A stretch of 64,000 nt of DNA from the human T2T-CHM13v2.0 reference genome, Homo sapiens. The DNA is taken from the NCBI RefSeq assembly GCF_009914755.1, contig NC_060938.1; one strand, given 5' to 3'. Below are positions 59,097-64,000 of this stretch, piece after piece (position 1 is the stretch's first letter; the number at the start of each line of letters is the position of its first letter). Below the pieces are notes generated by a model. It had not been told where the DNA came from. It did no database searches and saw nothing but the letters and a program-made list of their open reading frames with translations. Made by a program: the position numbers and the translations under genes.

Positions 59097-59369
59097 TCTA
59101 AGTTTTTAACCATCAAATTAGAAGTGCAGTTCAGAGTCTGTATGTGGTGACAGTGCAAAGAAGAGATCAATTGTCTGGTGTCTGAGAAGCCAGCTGTAGT
59201 TTCTCAGTCTGTCATCCATCCATCTATCCATTCATTCATTTGTCCATATGATTTTCTCTGCTTGACTCTAAGCTACAACGTGATTGAGCAAAGGCACATC
59301 TAGGATCTGTCTGCAATACATTGCATTGACAGCACAGCCAAAAACCCCATTTCCTCAGAATTGGGAACT

Positions 59370-59760
59370 CTCCTAGGGTGAGAATCATATCTTACTTGTA
59401 TTTCTGTATACATTCCCTTGCATAGAGTAGGCCCTAAGTGAAAAATTTACATATATATATATATGATCTGGTCCCGTTCCTCCTCTCCAACTTTTTCTTG
59501 CCGCTCTGCCTTTTAATCACTCATCTTCAGCTCCATGGATTTCCATTCTGTTTCTGGGACATGCCAAGCCTTACCCTAGTACGTTAGCAATTTTTCTTCC
59601 CCTTAGTTTGAATATTCTTTCTCTAGAAATGTTTAGTTTGCTAATTCTTGTTCATCACTTCTTAGCTATGACATGAAATCCTCAGAAAGGCCTTTCTTTT
59701 TCCTATCTAAAAGGAGACACTCTTCTACTTTCTAAGACATCACTCTGCTTCTTCCTTTAT
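59370..59760 (+). mobile_element. L2 fragments
   Basis: gaactctcctagggtgagaatcatatcttac; atcctcagaaaggcctttct...ctatctaaaa. Confidence 0.55.
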
Positions 59761-60230
59761 AGGTTCCTGTAAAATTACAGTCTCACCCTGTAGAGCTCTC
59801 CTAGCTATCAATGCATTTCCAGAATCTGCCTATCATTGTTTAATTCTAGAGTTTTACAGTATGTGTTTTGTTCTGTTTTGTTTAATTCCGTCCCGAGTTT
59901 ATGATCGCTATCTGCAGAAAGGTTGCTATGCTGGAAGGTTATTACAAAAATGTTTTGATATTTAAAAATTCTGAACAAATTCTGTATCATTAGAACAGTA
60001 CATGTTTCTTTAGGTATTTTCTTAGAAATAGAGGGCTAAAAGTATACATTTTCAATAATTATAATCTTCATATTTAAAATATTGAAGTCTATTTTCTACT
60101 ATTCATATTTCCTTTGTAATACGCTGCTCCTAAGCTGCTGCCTTTCTTTTTTTTTTTTTTGTACAAACTGTTATTTGTGGGTCACTTCAATTAACAAAAA
60201 CCTTAAAGATGGCTAAAAAACTTACAGCAT

Positions 60231-60550
60231 GGCCAGGTGCAAGGGCTCACCTCTGTAACCCCAGCACTTTGGAACGCCAAGGAAGGAGGAATGCTTCAGC
60301 CTAGGAGTTCGAGACCAGCCTGGGCAACATAGTGAGACCTTGTCTCTATAATTTTTTTTTCAGGTAGGTAGACATGGTGGCATGTGCCTATAGTCCCAGC
60401 TACTCAGGAGGCTGAGGTGGGAGCATCGCTTGAGCAAGGGAGGTCAAGGCTACAGTGGCTGAGACAGCACTACTACACTCCAGCCTAGGTGACAGATACT
60501 GTCTCATTAAAAAATAAAATAAAAAAAGAACGAAGAAAAAGAAAAAAAAA
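60231..60550 (+). mobile_element. AluJ
   Basis: cctgggcaacatagtgagacc, ggaggtcaaggctacagtg J diagnostics; A-rich tail. Confidence 0.92.
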
Positions 60551-63120
60551 TACAGGGAAAGTCTTAAGCGTTAAGAGTATCTGAGTCAGTGACTAAAAGA
60601 CTGCACAGACTGTGATAGCAACACAGATCCTATATTTCCCGAAAACATTTGAGTTAAAAATTCACTGATATATTCTCAATCAAGAAAATCATCCTGTCTA
60701 TAACCCATTTTTCTCTTCCTTAATTACATTTTTATATTCCAAACTTACAAAAATGATTAGTGCACATTATGAGCAAATTACTTTCCAACTTCATTTTAAT
60801 TAACGATGCTATTTTTGGAGATACCAGAGCAGTGACACACATAACTCAAATAGCTTTGATATTTATATTTTTGTTACTCTCTTTTTATGTTAAAATGACT
60901 ATTTTATTCTCTTAGAATTTATCAAAATCATGACTCTCCTGAGCTCCAAGTTAGTGTGCTAAGCTTTATTTTAGAGCAAATTTTTGTAGTTGAGAACATT
61001 AGGGGTTTATAACGGCTAAGTCAGCAGACCTTTAACTATAGTTATAATAAAGGGCATCTCAAGCAGAGAGATCATGCTCTCAGAAAAACCTCCACAGTAA
61101 TATCTTCAAGCTAAAGAGGAACAAGAGTCCCTGATTGGCACTTTGTTACTTGAATGGTCCCCCACTGATGAGGCAGAAAGGACATTAAGGATGATTTTAG
61201 CACAATCTGAAATCTCGCTGATGCCAAACTTAAAGCAGTGAAAGCCGTAATGCCATTTCTAAAATATGCTCTGGAATCATGAAAGCTTTGCTTTCCAGGA
61301 CACCCAGTACATATTCTTCTTCCTACTTATTACTTGTAAAAGACTCTCTTTATCATTATGTCTCCTCCTGTCTTCCACTGCTCAAGAAAAATAGGGAATC
61401 ATCTTCATTTATATGTAGCACATCCTTTCTACCATTGATGCCACAATATAAATGAGTTTTATTAAAAATTAAAAATATTGGTTTTACCTTCCATCAGAAT
61501 AAAAAGTGAAGTCTCATTCCCATTTTCAGTCTTGTTTTCTCACTCCCATTTTTCTTGTATTGTACTTCAGGACACTACTATTAACAGAAAGGCCACATTC
61601 TCAGAGACTTTAAATTGTGTCAGCCTTTCCTGAACTCTCAGTCATAAGACAATAACAGAAGGCAAAGGACTTTTCAAAAAAATAGGTGAGGAGATGCTAT
61701 GCTCCACTGGGAATAAACCTTTTTCTTGATCTTGTGTCAGAATGATGCTGAGAAAAATATATGTGGTGTCTTATCATCTTACAGCACATGGCTCTTAAAA
61801 GTCAAAAAGGCTTTTATACATTGAGGAAAGTTACAGGCCTAGAGAATTACTCCACTGTATCCAACTCTGTTTAAAATATAAAATAACTAGGCATATCCTG
61901 CATGGCGTTCCCATGGCCGTTTGTCGGCTACAAAGCATGATTGTTTCCCCTTGTAATGCTAACTTTCAGGCTTCTGTTAGTATTTTTGGAAAGTAGAGAA
62001 GCATGTATTCTTAGTTGCCAAAAGCGGCTCCACAGAGCAGCATGCTTTGCAATTTGAAGGTTAAATTCCTTTCAAAGAGACTTGTTGGAGCTGCTCTTCT
62101 CACTCCTATTAACTAGTGGAACTGTCTGACCTTTATAAGTGCAAGTCAATATTCACACTGTCAGAGGAGTATCAGTGGGAGTAATCTTTTCAGTCCTGGA
62201 GAGAAACAGTTTGCCACAGGCAGATCATGACTAGAGAAGGGGAGTGGTGAACAGTGACATAAAACACTTTTAAGTTAATTCAAACAATGTCTTTGACACA
62301 GCCAGGAATTTTATCCAATTTTAGTTATAACAGTGCCTACTGGTCCCTCTAAACTGCAAAGATGTCATTTTGATATAATAAAGAGATAGAATTTAAAATG
62401 AAGCCTGTTAAGTTGACTCATTCCTTTTTTTCCTACCTGGGTTTTCCCCCAAATATATGCATTTCTGAAGGGCACTCAGAAATGAACATTATTATTTTTA
62501 ATGGTTGCCAGTAATTCTCTTCTCCCTCCATGAAAAATCTGATACCGTGATGGAATTTTAATAATCTTGGGAGAGGGAATTCTAATTTTTTGCCTTTTGC
62601 ACCACAAGTTGCTATAGGGTTTAAGTCCACAATATTTCTTTCAAGAAAGTTATTTTCCAAGGTGATGCTCACAAAAGAAAGATAAGGAAGGGGACACTAT
62701 AATGTTGGTTTACATTCTGATTGGCTTTCTCTTGAATAATAAAGCATTATAATTGCATTTGCGATTACCTATATTATAGGTCTTATTTTAATTAAAAAAT
62801 CTATTAGTAGGCTTATTTTGAAGATTGAGTGAACTGTTTGATTACTATTTCTATCAATAGGTAGAATATATTTTTAAAACAAAAGAAATCTTGAGTGTTA
62901 CTTAACATGTTTTTGGTAGTGGCATTAGTGCAGTAAGTTTGAAACTAGTTTGATCATGTATAATAGAATTGAGCAAAAGATTTAATATGTTGATTTTGTT
63001 GGGAATTAGGTTTCTCACCATGAAAAAACAAAGACTTGAAAAACTTAAAGGAGCTCTCTTTGGACAAATTTAGGACACACTAAGTGTCAAAATAAACAAT
63101 AATAGAAATACATTAAAGAA

Positions 63121-63193
63121 ATAGCATCATTATTCACAATAGCCAATTTATGGATACAACTTAGTGTTCATTGATGCATGAATTGATAAAGAA

Positions 63194-63241
<48 letters not shown>

Positions 63242-63748
63242 TATTCAGCCTTATAAAACAAGGAAAGTCTGCCCTTTGCGGCAGGTAGATGAAATTGAAG
63301 GACATATGCTTTGAGAAATAAGCCAGACACAGAAAGACAAATATTGCATGAGATCACCTTTATGTGGAATCTAAAATAATCAAACAGAGTGAAACAGAGA
63401 GTAGAATGGTTGTGGCCAGAGTCTGGGAGGTGTCAGGGAAATGGGGAGATATTGGCCAAAGTGGGAAGATGTTGATCAAAGAGTACAAAATTTAAGCTGT
63501 AAGTTCTAGAGATCTAACGTATAATGACTATAACTTATAATAATATATTTTAGACTTGAAATTTGCTTAAGGAGTAGATCTTAAGGGTTTCCACTATACA
63601 CGAAAAAAGTAACCATATTAGGTAATGCATATACTATTGTGAAAATCATTTTATACAAGGTACACTTATATAAAAATACCATGTTGCACATGTTAAATCT
63701 GCACAATCTCTTATTTGTTGATCATACATAAATAAAGCTGGAAAAATA
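63121..63748 (+). mobile_element. L1MA8/9-like 3' end containing (TG)~22 at 63194-63238
   Basis: ttattcacaatagccaa..., aaataagccagacacagaaagacaaatattgcatg, terminal aataaagctggaaaaa. Confidence 0.85.
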
Positions 63749-63751
63749 TAT

Positions 63752-64000
63752 TTATCTCAGTCCATTTGGGATGCTATTACAAAATACCTTGGACTGGGTA
63801 ATTTATAAATATCAGAAATTTTTTGCTCATAGTTTGGAAGCTGGGAAGTCTAAGATTAAGGTGCCAGCAGATTCAGTATCTGGTGAGAGCTCTGCCTAAA
63901 ATATGATGCCTGTTGCTAGCCTCATATGGCAGAATGGGCAAACAGGCTGTCTTCCTTCAAGACTCTTTAGTGAGGGCATTGATCCCATTTATGTAGTCAG
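63752..64000 (-). mobile_element. MSTD/MLT1A-like MaLR LTR, cut by the window edge
   Basis: tctcagtccatttgggatgctattacaaaatacc...gctgggaagtctaagattaaggtgccagcagattcag. Confidence 0.8.

Overview
AT-rich, CpG-depleted primate (human-like) genomic DNA, intergenic or deep-intronic. No intact protein-coding gene, RNA gene or CRISPR array is supported. The longer ORFs are retroelement remnants (L1 ORF2 pieces, an ERV env TM remnant, Alu/STR read-through). Much of the window is interspersed repeat: L1PA/L1M, Alu J/S/Y, L2, L3/CR1, MIR, MaLR LTRs (THE1, MST, MLT1), MER5A, and a ~8.1 kb two-LTR MER61-type provirus (minus strand, tRNA-Arg PBS). The provirus carries a nested LTR10A-like solo LTR with AP-1 repeats, which itself holds an AluY with a (CTTT)~26 tail. 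I found no novel gene system. The most unusual signals are structural: a ~630-700 bp degenerate palindrome (55.4-56.1 kb), two locally templated insertions inside repeats (47.5 kb and 58.2 kb), an internally inverted Alu, a tail-less internal L1 fragment, a perfect 13-bp hairpin and a well-defined orphan exon candidate at 322-413. Repeat subfamily names come from remembered consensus sequences, not a database search. Boundaries of old repeats are approximate and mismatch counts were made by eye.
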